Positions 38,831 through 49,458 of a DNA stretch of 62,942 bases are shown piece after piece. Source of the DNA: a virus. Taxonomy: Duplodnaviria > Caudoviricetes. The DNA lies in IMG/VR virus record IMGVR_UViG_3300009152_000050, positions 1 to 62,942 of that record. The stretch is one strand, 5' to 3'. Under the pieces are notes generated by a model. That model was not told where the DNA came from. It saw only the letters and a program-made list of their open reading frames with translations, and did not search any database. Positions within the stretch are counted from its first letter, which is position 1, and each line of letters begins with the position of its first letter. Both the position numbers and the translations under genes were made by a program.

Positions 38831-39976
38831 TTAGTTTGACCAAAAAAAGTCTTGCATCTTTTGGGTATCTGTTTTATCACCCTCTGGACTAAATGCTTTT
38901 TGACCATTCCCTCCACCTACATTAATATTACTTGCTTTTTTACGATACTCTACTAATCTCTTAGCAACACCATCGTTTACAAATTTCTGTGATATTTTAT
39001 CATCACTTTCAAGTTTTGCAATATCTCTCACCATCTGATTTACGTTTAATGTATTGTCAGCGTTCACCCATCTTTCGGCAAAAATTGCGTTTACATTAAA
39101 ATCGTTCTCTGCAAATGATTTAAGTTTGTCAGTAACATTTTTCTTTTCTTCTTCTGATAAGGTATAGCTTAGGGGTATAGCGACATCTTCGTCTTTATAC
39201 TCCATATTAAACCCTTCAAATGAATTAATAGATGAATCTACACTTTGCAAATAGTTCGCTACAAATTTCTTACCTGCTACCAATTCTTCTTGGGTAGGTT
39301 CTACACTTGTTTCTGCTTTTTGCGATATATTAGGAAGTACTAATTCCGATTTGTATTTATCTAATTCAGGCTTTAATAATTTCGCCTCAATTAATAATTC
39401 TTTTTTAGCATCACTCAAATCACTTTCCCACTTTGATTTCCTTTCAGCAAACTCATCATCAGTTTCCTCAAATGTTTGACTTGGTTCTGCTGGTAATGCG
39501 AATTGCTTATTATACTTATAGTCAATTTCTTCGGGAGTTAAGTCCTTATACTTTTGTTGCATACCAAACTTTATAATTTCGGTTGCTGTACTTTCATTAA
39601 CCTCTGACGTTGTAAGTCTTTCTACTCTTTTCTTTTCGTTTAAAAAAGTGAATAGTTCATCCTCTTTTCCATCTTTTACGTACTCAAAGAACTTTTTGCT
39701 TGTTTCATTAGCAAATTCCAAATCTTTAGGTGCTGCATCTTTTAATTTACGCAACTCATCTATTTCAGATTTTGCGCTTGCCCAGTCCTTAAACCCTAAT
39801 TCTTTTTCAAGATAGGTATTGGCATCTACTATTTCTTCTTCTTGTTTTGTTTCTGCAACCTGTTCGGTTGTTTGCAAGGTAGGAGCATCTTGCCCCGCAG
39901 CACTTTCAGTCCAACTTCCTTCGTCAAAAGGATTGGCTAATTGTTGCTGTTCTTGCGTTTGTGTTGTTTCTTCCAT
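38831..39976 (-). CDS. Capsid scaffolding protein
   Basis: Acidic, helical, immediately upstream of the MCP. Confidence 0.65.
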   Translation of the reverse strand: MEETTQTQEQQQLANPFDEGSWTESAAGQDAPTLQTTEQVAETKQEEEIVDANTYLEKELGFKDWASAKSEIDELRKLKDAAPKDLEFANETSKKFFEYVKDGKEDELFTFLNEKKRVERLTTSEVNESTATEIIKFGMQQKYKDLTPEEIDYKYNKQFALPAEPSQTFEETDDEFAERKSKWESDLSDAKKELLIEAKLLKPELDKYKSELVLPNISQKAETSVEPTQEELVAGKKFVANYLQSVDSSINSFEGFNMEYKDEDVAIPLSYTLSEEEKKNVTDKLKSFAENDFNVNAIFAERWVNADNTLNVNQMVRDIAKLESDDKISQKFVNDGVAKRLVEYRKKASNINVGGGNGQKAFSPEGDKTDTQKMQDFFWSN

Positions 39977-39992
39977 TTTTGTTTATTTATAT

Positions 39993-40415
39993 TTAAGATA
40001 ACATAAGCAAGTAATTAAATTTTGCCCCTGTTCCGCTAAGACTTTGTGCTATGTTTTCAATATCACAATACCCTTTTTCTTCACCAAATTCTTCTAACTT
40101 ATATGCAAAATCCATTATCTCTTTTGCTAATTTCTTAGATACCGAATTTGAATATTCAGGGATAGCTTCAAGTTTTATTTCCCCAATCATTTTCCCTTGA
40201 TACCCTTGTATTTTTTCACTTACCTCATCCTTTACTCCTACCAATTCATTATACAGAAAATCTAATGCTTTATGTTCTGCAAAAGAAGTAGTGCTTAGAT
40301 GAAACTTGTGGGCTGCATCGTGAAAATAAAATAATTTACTTTGTATGGATTCAGGGGTAAGCGTTGTCTTTGGTTCTTCTGAATCCTCTTTTTTGGAAAC
40401 TTTTAAGAGTGCCAT
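39993..40415 (-). CDS. Ferritin/Dps-like protein
   Basis: HKFHL.T.SFAEHKALD.LY..L....D...E...G motif. Confidence 0.7.
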   Translation of the reverse strand: MALLKVSKKEDSEEPKTTLTPESIQSKLFYFHDAAHKFHLSTTSFAEHKALDFLYNELVGVKDEVSEKIQGYQGKMIGEIKLEAIPEYSNSVSKKLAKEIMDFAYKLEEFGEEKGYCDIENIAQSLSGTGAKFNYLLMLS

Positions 40416-40416
40416 A

Positions 40417-40758
40417 TTATGATATTTTAGCTAACATTATAATAATTTTACTTGCTGCTGCTGATGTACCACCAAACTTTAAATACCTACCAGCAACATT
40501 TATTTTATACAACCCTGCTGCATCAACGGCTGTTACTGCTGTATTAGTTGATAGCTTAGTAGCATATACGGCAGTAAAGTTTGCTGCTGTGGTATAGTTA
40601 CCATCAGTAGTACCTTGTACATCACCACTATCATTAGTAGATGTAATACTTATTGTTCCTGTTGGTGCAACAAATTGTGCTACTACATAATCATAGTTAG
40701 ATACATCAATAACGAAAGCGTTGCTTACGAAAACTGGTTGGATATATTGTGCTAACAT
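40417..40758 (-). CDS. Small beta-rich structural protein
   Basis: T/A-rich, between portal and scaffold. Confidence 0.55.
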   Translation of the reverse strand: MLAQYIQPVFVSNAFVIDVSNYDYVVAQFVAPTGTISITSTNDSGDVQGTTDGNYTTAANFTAVYATKLSTNTAVTAVDAAGLYKINVAGRYLKFGGTSAAASKIIIMLAKIS

Positions 40759-40781
40759 AGTTTTATTTTTTTATTTAGTGT

Positions 40782-43211
40782 TTACATTACTTGTTGTTGT
40801 CCTTGCATTTGCTCTTGTTCCATTCCTTCTTGTGGTTGTTGCTCTTGCATTTGTTCTTGTCCTTCTTGTTGCCCCTGTTGTTGTTCTTGCTGCATTTGTT
40901 GTTGTTGCATTTGCTCTAATACTTGCTGTTGTATTTGTTCGTTTTGTATAGATGCTGGCAATGCTACATTCTGAATAACCGCTTGTGCTAATGCTTGTAA
41001 TTCTACCGGCATTGGTAGTCCTTGCTCATATATCTTCATTATAGAAGCTAAAACTGTATTTTTATTTTGGTACTCTCCGGTTGTTTTTGTTTTCTGTAAT
41101 TCAATATCCCCTTTTACTGATTCAGTTTCTTGCTTTGATTTTTCTGCTGCTTGTGCCGATGCTATTTGTCCTTCTATTGTAGCTTTTTGATTTTGCGCTG
41201 CTGTTTCTTGTTGGCTTTTTAGCATTTTTCTTTGCCCTTGCCTATACAATGTTTCAGCTAATTTCACATCCTCCTTTGCTACTCTTATTAATTGGAATGG
41301 GTCAATAAATAAAACAAGTTCAGGTGTTGATACCATTGCTTGATTAAGTAATGCCTCAAATTTCATTATCTCTTGGCCATCAGGTAAAAATCTAACATTG
41401 GTGTTAAATATTCTACTTGCTACTTCCTCTTGATTTATTAATCTTCTATAAACATCTGCGCCATGAGTTACACTATCCTTTAGTAAACAAGATATTTTCC
41501 TTGCAGTATCTTTCATACATTCAGCATAAGCTAAATACATATAATCGGTTGCATTTGCAGCTACGTCTTGTGATGTGGCTACGTTACCTTGTGTTACTCT
41601 TGGTTGTAATGCACTTGCCGCTAAATTCGGGTCTTCACCTAATTCATCCCTTAGCACTTGATAATGGAATCTATACAACTCCATTAAGGCTTGCATCTGT
41701 GGTAAAAACCCTGCATTTGCAAGTTCTGTAATTGGTACAGGTACAGGATTTCCTTCTGCATCTGTTCCGTTATAATACAAATCACCTACTTGTTCGTATA
41801 GTTGTTTGTAGTCTATTGTTTTATTCTTATCTCCTAATCCGTAATCTATATTTTGTAATGCAGTTACATTTATTGCAGCACCTACTGGTTTCATCTTAGC
41901 TACAAGTTGCTGTATCTTTAACCTTGCTAAAATCATTTGATCGGCAGGTTCTTCTATCTTTTCAGGCACAGCTATATTTCTCATTTCATAGCTTTGGTAC
42001 ATATAGAATGAATAAGAAAACTCTGCGTTACCTACTTCTTTAGGGTCTTGTGGTCTAATCATGTTTTGCTTCAATCCCCACTCTAACATATAGTCAGTAT
42101 CTTTCACATACACACCACGATAGATATTCCACATTCTATCTTCTTCCGCTTTTTCATTATCACCCCTTTTTTCTGAAACTCCTTTTTTTACAATAGTGCT
42201 TTTATTCTTTTTTGTTGTTACTACTGTATATGGCTCGCTATCTACTGTTTTAATTTCAAACTCATAAATATCAACATTCCATTCATCATAAGGTCTTGTA
42301 TAAATAGCTGCCCATTGGTCAAGCCATGTAATCTTATCGCCTAATTGATATTCTTTTGCAGTTGCAGCTATTCTAAATAAATCTTCTTCTGTTAGTTTAC
42401 CACCAAATTGCTTACCATACTTTTTACGTAGTTCGCTTATCTTCATTGCCCTAACTCTACCTCTAAATGTGGTATCTCTAAAATCAGGAAACTCACTATA
42501 TGAATAAAAAGCATTTTCAGGTTTAACCCATTCAACATGAATAACTCCATACTCATCCATCCACGTATAAGTACCTACAAATCCTACTTCCGCACTATCA
42601 TGTAGCATTTTTTCTTTCATAACAGTAAACCAACTGCATGAATCTAATACTTCATTAGTACCCATTTCATACTTAATTTCTTCTGGTAGTCTTTGGAATT
42701 GAGTAACCCATAAATTAAGTTCTTCTTTATCGGCAGGAATTGAAGTGTTTTGTGGAATCATTTGCACCCCTGATTCAGCCTGTAATTGTTCTAACATGGC
42801 TCTATTATCCATGATAAACTCTATGTTCTCGTATTCGTCTTGCTTTTGTTTTACTGAAAGTGAATCGGTAGCATTTACTACTATCTTTTCATTTCGGTTC
42901 ATCCATCGGCCTACTAATCCTGATACAATCCTGTTTACTATTCTAATGCTTTGCCAGTTAATATTTGCATAGTTAGTCTTTCCGTTAAATTCCATTAAGT
43001 CCTGAAATTTCTTCATATTAATTTTGCCATTGGCAGAATTTCTATTTTGCTTAAACCTACTGTTTCTTGCAAAATAATACCCTCCAATGCCTCCATTAAC
43101 TGTACTAACGATGTACTTAGCCAAATCTAAGCCCGTATTATCTTCGGATTTCTTAGCAATGCTATTATTTGATAACTGAAATTCTTTTAGTATTTGTTGG
43201 TTTTGCTCCAA
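40782..43211 (-). CDS. Portal protein
   Basis: 809 aa downstream of terL; Q-rich C-terminus. Confidence 0.8.
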   Translation of the reverse strand: MEQNQQILKEFQLSNNSIAKKSEDNTGLDLAKYIVSTVNGGIGGYYFARNSRFKQNRNSANGKINMKKFQDLMEFNGKTNYANINWQSIRIVNRIVSGLVGRWMNRNEKIVVNATDSLSVKQKQDEYENIEFIMDNRAMLEQLQAESGVQMIPQNTSIPADKEELNLWVTQFQRLPEEIKYEMGTNEVLDSCSWFTVMKEKMLHDSAEVGFVGTYTWMDEYGVIHVEWVKPENAFYSYSEFPDFRDTTFRGRVRAMKISELRKKYGKQFGGKLTEEDLFRIAATAKEYQLGDKITWLDQWAAIYTRPYDEWNVDIYEFEIKTVDSEPYTVVTTKKNKSTIVKKGVSEKRGDNEKAEEDRMWNIYRGVYVKDTDYMLEWGLKQNMIRPQDPKEVGNAEFSYSFYMYQSYEMRNIAVPEKIEEPADQMILARLKIQQLVAKMKPVGAAINVTALQNIDYGLGDKNKTIDYKQLYEQVGDLYYNGTDAEGNPVPVPITELANAGFLPQMQALMELYRFHYQVLRDELGEDPNLAASALQPRVTQGNVATSQDVAANATDYMYLAYAECMKDTARKISCLLKDSVTHGADVYRRLINQEEVASRIFNTNVRFLPDGQEIMKFEALLNQAMVSTPELVLFIDPFQLIRVAKEDVKLAETLYRQGQRKMLKSQQETAAQNQKATIEGQIASAQAAEKSKQETESVKGDIELQKTKTTGEYQNKNTVLASIMKIYEQGLPMPVELQALAQAVIQNVALPASIQNEQIQQQVLEQMQQQQMQQEQQQGQQEGQEQMQEQQPQEGMEQEQMQGQQQVM

Positions 43212-43266
43212 AATTTGTACTTTGAGATAATTTTCATAAAACTACTATTAGTTTTGAATTTTTATC

Positions 43267-43297
43267 TTTGTTACGTTAAAAAGTTATATTAACTTTG
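43267..43297 (+). promoter_or_regulatory. Bacteroidota promoter for an antisense small gene
   Basis: TTTG, 19-nt spacer, TAACTTTG. Confidence 0.7.
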
Positions 43298-43311
43298 ATA
43301 AACTTTTGTCT

Positions 43312-43479
43312 ATGGCAATAATGCAAATAAAAAGGATGCCCGATGATATATCCCTATATCTCAAACAAATTCAGAAAGAAATAAAAGAAAAAAAAGGGAT
43401 AAAACAATTCTCCTTAGAATTAACCGCAATAAGTATAATCAGAGAACACAAAGATGATAAAGAAAAAAAGCAACCTTAA
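43312..43479 (+). CDS. Small Arc/ribbon-helix-helix-like DNA-binding protein (55 aa, not in ORF track)
   Basis: MAIMQIKRMPDDISLYLKQIQ...SLELTAISII; has its own promoter. Confidence 0.6.
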   Translation: MAIMQIKRMPDDISLYLKQIQKEIKEKKGIKQFSLELTAISIIREHKDDKEKKQP

Positions 43480-45539
43480 TAGTTGCTTTGTATTCCGTTG
43501 TTTTCATAAAGTTTTATAAGTGGTGTGGTCATCGGTGGCGGCACTCTTACTGGTTCAATCAATACTGATATTAACATCAAGAACGAAACTACTGTATCAT
43601 AACTTGTCCTATCGTATGGGTCAAATAATAATGAGTTCCTTAATAGTTCTATGTAGTCAATCATATTACAATGATGCTCAAAATAAGATATACCATTATC
43701 AAGTTGCTTAGTAAGGCTAAATGGCGTTATTGGTGTTCCTCTATATCTTTCCGCTGTACTTCTTTTTGTAGGGTCAATAAGACTTAATGGGTACTTACCT
43801 AAGTAACCTCTTTTACCCCTATCTTTAAAATACCCATCATAATCATCTGCTGTATGCTCATAATAAACTAAATACCCCCAATATTCTGCTGCTAATAATA
43901 CTTGGTTATGCAGCATATCTTTTTCCGAAGGTCTGCCATATAAATGCCCTATTGGTCTGCCTGTATTATTTGGGTTATTAATATCAAACCTTCTACCTAT
44001 CCATGCTGATGCTTTTGACCCATATTTTCTACCTCCCTGACTGTTTGAGTAGCTATCTACTGTTATAGCACCATCATTAATATTGGCTGGTATTCTTTGT
44101 CCGTTATTTATTGTGTATTTATTATCTCTACCCCTTTCAGGCATAGATGTCATTTTCCAATGAAAACTTGTTTCTGATGCGTTAATATCTCTCCACGCTA
44201 CTACTTGGTCATCTTTCCTATAATAAATAATATCTCTTGTTACAATAGGTGAATCTTCTAATTCTTTTATTCTTTTGTTTATATTAAATGAGTTAAAGGC
44301 ACAACCAGTATTGGCTGCTTCAAACATTTCTTGAACTGTGCAAGGGTTCATCCTTATTTCTTCCTCTAATAAATCTCCTGCAAGTCCTTTTCTTCTGCTT
44401 TGGATATAAACTCTTGCCCCTGCCTTAATATCTTCTTCTGAAATCTCACTTACTGTATCTCCCGATATTGGGTCTTTTACTACCCATTTATCTACTAAAT
44501 ATTTGTATTGTTCATCGGTTGGTTCATCAATAACACTCATACCATACTTATCAATAAAACCTTCATAGTTATCATATGCAGGTGTAAAGTATGTTACAAG
44601 TCTATTTGGTGTCTTTTTTCCTCCTGTCTTAAATTGGTCTGCGCCATCCCATATCTTTTTAAATTCAGCACCACCACCCTTTGTCATTTCGTTTACAGTA
44701 GAGGGCATTTCTACCCATCCTACTCTCTTAGCACCCTTAACAAGTGTCTTACTTATAATACCCCAAAACTTTGATGCAGGTACGTCAAGAGGTAATTTAC
44801 CAAACTCATCCAATAAAATACGGCTCATTCTACCTCTATCATAAGCGTTCAATACTGGCGCACGATAGTTTATCTTAGAACGTAACCCTTTTGCATTAGG
44901 GTTATTTTTATCAATCTTTGCGGCAAATACCAATTCAGTTACACTACCCTCTCTATTTAATTGTCTTGGCTTTAAAAATACTGGTAACTGATTATAGCCA
45001 AATGCAGCCATATCGGTAAATGTATCTCTACTATCAATATTTGTTTTTGAAACTAACCCGCAATTACTATTGGTAAAAAATATACACTCATAAATAAGGT
45101 TTGCGGTTGCCTGTGATGACGCACCCTCCCTTCTTTTCTTACCTCTTGCTACTCCTAAACACCACAATACATTTTCCCAAAAATCTAAAAATAAAAAATA
45201 CCTTCTATCTGCATCACGATAGTCTGCATAAATATCATCTTCCAATTTCCAGTAAGATAAATAAAAATAATTCTTCCCTGTAATTTTTATTTTTTGACCA
45301 TTATTCAAAAATGTAAATCCTTCTTTACACCTTTTTACTTCTTCAATAGCATATTTAGATTGAATGTCATTTAATAGTGCATTACCATCTACATCTTTAT
45401 TAATTAAATTGAAATATTCTGGAAGTTCTTTTCTTCGCCAATACTGCATAGAAGGGGTGTCAGGATAACCCCAATCTTCAATATATTCATCATAATTTAT
45501 TGGTATTAACGAGCCGTAAATTTCTATATTTTTAAGCAT
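43476..45539 (-). CDS. terL: Terminase large subunit
   Basis: KKRREGAS Walker A-like, ILLDEFGK Walker B, C-terminal RNaseH-like acidic motifs. Confidence 0.88.
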   Translation of the reverse strand: MLKNIEIYGSLIPINYDEYIEDWGYPDTPSMQYWRRKELPEYFNLINKDVDGNALLNDIQSKYAIEEVKRCKEGFTFLNNGQKIKITGKNYFYLSYWKLEDDIYADYRDADRRYFLFLDFWENVLWCLGVARGKKRREGASSQATANLIYECIFFTNSNCGLVSKTNIDSRDTFTDMAAFGYNQLPVFLKPRQLNREGSVTELVFAAKIDKNNPNAKGLRSKINYRAPVLNAYDRGRMSRILLDEFGKLPLDVPASKFWGIISKTLVKGAKRVGWVEMPSTVNEMTKGGGAEFKKIWDGADQFKTGGKKTPNRLVTYFTPAYDNYEGFIDKYGMSVIDEPTDEQYKYLVDKWVVKDPISGDTVSEISEEDIKAGARVYIQSRRKGLAGDLLEEEIRMNPCTVQEMFEAANTGCAFNSFNINKRIKELEDSPIVTRDIIYYRKDDQVVAWRDINASETSFHWKMTSMPERGRDNKYTINNGQRIPANINDGAITVDSYSNSQGGRKYGSKASAWIGRRFDINNPNNTGRPIGHLYGRPSEKDMLHNQVLLAAEYWGYLVYYEHTADDYDGYFKDRGKRGYLGKYPLSLIDPTKRSTAERYRGTPITPFSLTKQLDNGISYFEHHCNMIDYIELLRNSLLFDPYDRTSYDTVVSFLMLISVLIEPVRVPPPMTTPLIKLYENNGIQSNY

Positions 45540-46071
45540 ATATCAAATTAGTCCAATTATTATCTCTGCCATTTAACATACCGACAAGTGTCTTGTATTT
45601 AATATCATAGGCTTTAGCGGCATCTTTAACACAATCATAAAAAACACCATTTTCTATATTTAAAACTATTTTAGCTGTTTTGCTTTCTCCACCACATTTC
45701 CCATAAGAATAGTGATTTTTCCCTTTCGGGATAAGATTATTTATTCTTCTATGGTTTGCATCTTCTTGTGGTGTTGCCCACTCTAAATTTGATAAATTAT
45801 TATTTATTTTATTTGCATCTATATGATTAACTTGTGGCTTATTTTGCGGATTTTCAATAAATGCAATAGCTACAAGTCTATGTATTTTCATACACTTTAC
45901 TTTACCCCCGATAAAAAGGGATACTTCATGGTATCCGTAAGCGTCTATTTTTGGTTTTAATATAAATACATCTGACTTATTACCAGTTTTATTAAACCTC
46001 TTAAACGACATGACATCCCCATTAATGTTTACCTTATAATGACCTTCGTAACCATTTATATCTTTCCACAT
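45532..46071 (-). CDS. NUMOD4-HNH homing endonuclease
   Basis: WKDINGYEGHYKV, HRLVA.AFI.N, VNHID.NK.NN...NLEW. Confidence 0.92.
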   Translation of the reverse strand: MWKDINGYEGHYKVNINGDVMSFKRFNKTGNKSDVFILKPKIDAYGYHEVSLFIGGKVKCMKIHRLVAIAFIENPQNKPQVNHIDANKINNNLSNLEWATPQEDANHRRINNLIPKGKNHYSYGKCGGESKTAKIVLNIENGVFYDCVKDAAKAYDIKYKTLVGMLNGRDNNWTNLIYA

Positions 46072-46073
46072 AA

Positions 46074-46385
46074 TTAATCTCTTTTAGTTGCTACCGTTTC
46101 AATGAATGGTCTGCGTTCTACATCTTTCTTTTCATTACCTGTAACTCCTGCAATATCCCCTAATGTTTTTACTGCTGTTGCGATTGATGCTGCATCTTGC
46201 CAGATTACTTTTAGCCTATCAAAAGTTTTATCTTTGGCATCATCTATACTCATAGTACCTAAATTGTTTTTATTCATAATGTCAGCCATTTCATTCATCT
46301 TTCTATTAAGAGAATAATATAACTTGGCTGCGCCATCATTTTCATACATATTTATTGTCGCTTGCAGTTCTTCGTTTGATGCCAT
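46074..46385 (-). CDS. Probable terminase small subunit
   Basis: Small helical protein upstream of HNH/terL (positional call). Confidence 0.45.
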   Translation of the reverse strand: MASNEELQATINMYENDGAAKLYYSLNRKMNEMADIMNKNNLGTMSIDDAKDKTFDRLKVIWQDAASIATAVKTLGDIAGVTGNEKKDVERRPFIETVATKRD

Positions 46386-46389
46386 AAAT

Positions 46390-46965
46390 TTATTTTTGCT
46401 TAATAATTAATCCTTGCCCAGTTCCTAAGTCTATACATATTTCAGGCTTATCTGCAAGAAACTCCCATACTGCCTTTGGGCATCCTTGTGTAGTTTCAAA
46501 CTGAAAGTCATCTAAGAGGATAACACCACCAACTACCATTTTATCGTAAAAGTAATTAAGGCAATCCATAGTGGAACTGTAAATATCTACATCTAAATGT
46601 ACCATGCCAAATGTATGCCCATCTAATAAGTGTTTAGCATCATTAAAGTCATTTTTAATAACTTGGCAATTAGAGAACTTAGATAAGAATTGGGAAACAT
46701 CTTCATAAGACGTATCTGCAAAATCACCTTTGTTATGCCAATCTATTGACTTATCTGTTTCAGGCATACCCTCAAAAGTATCTATACAAAATACTAAGTC
46801 TTTGGCAATACTATTAATTAAATAAGCAGAACCACCTTTATAAACGCCTACTTCTGCGATTGGTAAGTCAGCATACTGTTTTACCAATTCTGATATAATA
46901 GATAGCCTTTGTTTATTAATTAAAGTCCTTCCATCAATTTGTGATATAATATCATCTATACTCAT
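46390..46965 (-). CDS. TylF/MycF-like sugar O-methyltransferase
   Basis: EVGVYKGGS, DTFEGMP, VHLDVDIY.ST, GGVILLDD. Confidence 0.88.
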   Translation of the reverse strand: MSIDDIISQIDGRTLINKQRLSIISELVKQYADLPIAEVGVYKGGSAYLINSIAKDLVFCIDTFEGMPETDKSIDWHNKGDFADTSYEDVSQFLSKFSNCQVIKNDFNDAKHLLDGHTFGMVHLDVDIYSSTMDCLNYFYDKMVVGGVILLDDFQFETTQGCPKAVWEFLADKPEICIDLGTGQGLIIKQK

Positions 46966-46977
46966 AGTATCTAAAAG

Positions 46978-47532
46978 TTATTTTGATGCAATAACGGGTG
47001 CGGCAGATGCAACCTTTGCTTGATTTTCTGCCGCTTCTGCTGCATATCTATCGTTTAATAGATTAGAAAAAACATTCATAAAATTAGGGTGTATCTCATT
47101 AAATTTAGGGTCATTAAGTCCTGACTTATATTTTCCTCCTGTTAGGTATTCTTTATTAGCCATTATTTCAAGTGGAGTTCTGATACCTTTTGCTCTTGCT
47201 TTTGCTAACATTTCTTTAATTGCAGCTTGTTTCCACATACCCTGTTGCTTTAGTATATTAGCAGTTTCAGCTTTATTACCCATTTGGTTAGCTAAATTAG
47301 GTGATGATGTTAATGCTGATGATGCAGAAGTAACTAATTGGTCTGCATTAACAAGCCCTCTCCTTGATAGGTCTTTTGCTATGTCTATTGTATTACCTTG
47401 TGGAATCCAATTAGCAAACCTTTCTAATTGTTCTGTTGTTAGTGGGGTAGAATTACTAACTGGTGTTCCTGCTGTTGGAGTACCTTTAACTTCTAATTTC
47501 TTTTTTGCTGCTAATAGTTTATTTTCAGGCAT
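46978..47532 (-). CDS. Hypothetical protein
   Basis: 184-aa ORF in the operon. Confidence 0.65.
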   Translation of the reverse strand: MPENKLLAAKKKLEVKGTPTAGTPVSNSTPLTTEQLERFANWIPQGNTIDIAKDLSRRGLVNADQLVTSASSALTSSPNLANQMGNKAETANILKQQGMWKQAAIKEMLAKARAKGIRTPLEIMANKEYLTGGKYKSGLNDPKFNEIHPNFMNVFSNLLNDRYAAEAAENQAKVASAAPVIASK

Positions 47533-48208
47533 AATCGTTTATTTTTTTTGCATTATTTAATGAAAGTCCTACCAAAAGTACGGAATTTTTTACTTTTTTG
47601 GTTAAATACCCATCAACCGCTATAATTTCTTCTCTTTCATTTTCTTCATCACCAAAATGCCTTACTCTTATTTTTCTTTCCTCCTTGCCACTATCTCCTT
47701 GATATATTATTTCATAATCACTTGCTTTTAATGTGTGAACAACCTTACCTTTCAACTTGCCGCTTGTAATATACAATACGTCTTTTATCGGACTTGGCTG
47801 CACTCCTTCAAGCGTTCCTGTATATGGTTCATATACTCTTAACGCAGTTTCAAATCCCTTTATTGGTTTCCACTCTTTGCCGTTCCCTTCCCTCCATAAA
47901 TAACATTCTAAGTAAGGTATGCTATAATAAGTTTCAGACGTTTCACGTGAAAAATCACTTAAAAACACTTTATTACTATCATGTATTGAGTTATGATGTA
48001 TTAGAACTTGTGAGCCTTTTGGCAGTCCATCTGCCGATACTACTTCTGCATTTACTGGCATAGTTTCCCTTTGGTTTAAGTTCTCTATGTTCCTTTCTAA
48101 TATTATCTTAGTTCCATTGTCAAAGGTATGACTGTTCTTTAAGTTTAAGTCTATCTTAATCAATACCCTGTTTTCTGTATGTTTCATTTGTTTAATTTTG
48201 ATACCCAA
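47525..48208 (-). CDS. GroES-like tandem-domain protein
   Basis: NRVLIK...AEVVS....KGSQVLIHHN pattern. Confidence 0.5.
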   Translation of the reverse strand: MGIKIKQMKHTENRVLIKIDLNLKNSHTFDNGTKIILERNIENLNQRETMPVNAEVVSADGLPKGSQVLIHHNSIHDSNKVFLSDFSRETSETYYSIPYLECYLWREGNGKEWKPIKGFETALRVYEPYTGTLEGVQPSPIKDVLYITSGKLKGKVVHTLKASDYEIIYQGDSGKEERKIRVRHFGDEENEREEIIAVDGYLTKKVKNSVLLVGLSLNNAKKINDYA

Positions 48209-48939
48209 TCTTTTAAATAAATAGGTAATGGTTTATGAATTTTTACCAAATCCGCTTCCGTAAATCCCCAATCTTTCCAATCAAATTCTTCTTTTAAATC
48301 GGCACGTTTATCATACTCTATTTGAAATATATTACCTTGTATTTCTTTTATCTTGGCAATATGCTTTTTACTATCCCTGATAAAGCCACAATGCCAAATT
48401 TCAATTTTATTGATAAAGTTTAAATTAGAATTACTTAGTATAGATTCACCATCATTGTATGACCTATAACAAGTTTTAGTAAGTCTATTTACTATTGTAC
48501 TGACAGGCGATCTATCTTGTCTTACATTCAACATATGGTTTTCATCTGCCCATAAATTATGCCTTGTTACACAATATCCTTCTTCTCCTAATTCAACTGC
48601 TTGTCTTATATGCGGTATGCTATCTTCATGGATTGATTCGTCAGATTGGCAAAGAAAACAATACTCATATCCATCAATTTGTGCTTGATTAATTGCTATG
48701 TTTTGGAAATAAGACAACTTCTCTCTACCTTGTATTTTACCCCACTCGTCTTTATTGCAAACTATTAAAGTTATACCTCCAATAGCTTTTAGTAATTCTA
48801 ATGTTTCATCTTCCCCCTCAACATAACATACATAAACAACATCACAAAATGCCTTCATTGAATTAATAGATGCTTCTATACAATAATCAAACAAAATTGC
48901 ATTGCGAACAAAACACACTCCAGCTAACTTTTTACTCAT
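48184..48939 (-). CDS. Glycosyltransferase, GT2-like (GT-A fold)
   Basis: FVRN...DY, QSDE (DxD-like), IWHCGF. Confidence 0.75.
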   Translation of the reverse strand: MSKKLAGVCFVRNAILFDYCIEASINSMKAFCDVVYVCYVEGEDETLELLKAIGGITLIVCNKDEWGKIQGREKLSYFQNIAINQAQIDGYEYCFLCQSDESIHEDSIPHIRQAVELGEEGYCVTRHNLWADENHMLNVRQDRSPVSTIVNRLTKTCYRSYNDGESILSNSNLNFINKIEIWHCGFIRDSKKHIAKIKEIQGNIFQIEYDKRADLKEEFDWKDWGFTEADLVKIHKPLPIYLKDWVSKLNK

Positions 48940-48945
48940 ACCTTT

Positions 48946-49458
48946 TTAAGTTTTTTGCGCAACGATGTAAAAAGAATATTTGTCATCCCCTATGTGTTCT
49001 CCATATTCTACTAATTCAAATAATTTTGGTAAATTTTGACCTTTGTAATCTTTCCCTTCACCGCAAAATGCTTGTTTAAAATAAAACATAAAGTCTGCAA
49101 AATTATAATCTCTCATGTGTTCTGTGTTTTCTTTATTCATATAAAATCTACCATCAGGTAAATATAAAATAAGTAACCCTCCCTCAATAAGTAATTCACG
49201 CCAACTTTCTAATGCTTCTGTGTCGTTTCTTAAATGCTCTAAAACATGGCTTGAATATACCACATTAAACGGAAGCAAATTACTTAATTTATCTACTAAA
49301 TGAACAAGTCCATCTACCTCTATATCAGCACCAATAGAACCTCTGCCGTCTATACCTATTGCTTGTGGGCATACTTTATCATTACCGCAACCGATGTCTA
49401 ATATTTTACCTTGTAAATATTTTGTAAGTATAGGTCTTATTTTTTCAGTTTCACTCAT
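48946..49458 (-). CDS. Class I SAM-dependent methyltransferase
   Basis: ILDIGCG, VYSSHVLEHL, GGLLILYLPD. Confidence 0.88.
   Translation of the reverse strand: MSETEKIRPILTKYLQGKILDIGCGNDKVCPQAIGIDGRGSIGADIEVDGLVHLVDKLSNLLPFNVVYSSHVLEHLRNDTEALESWRELLIEGGLLILYLPDGRFYMNKENTEHMRDYNFADFMFYFKQAFCGEGKDYKGQNLPKLFELVEYGEHIGDDKYSFYIVAQKT

Noticed and set aside
40790-40950. CAA/CAG-rich low-complexity repeat
   Set aside because: Encodes the Q-rich portal C-terminus
45532-46071. Intron or intein in terL
   Set aside because: The HNH ORF is free-standing and terL appears uninterrupted
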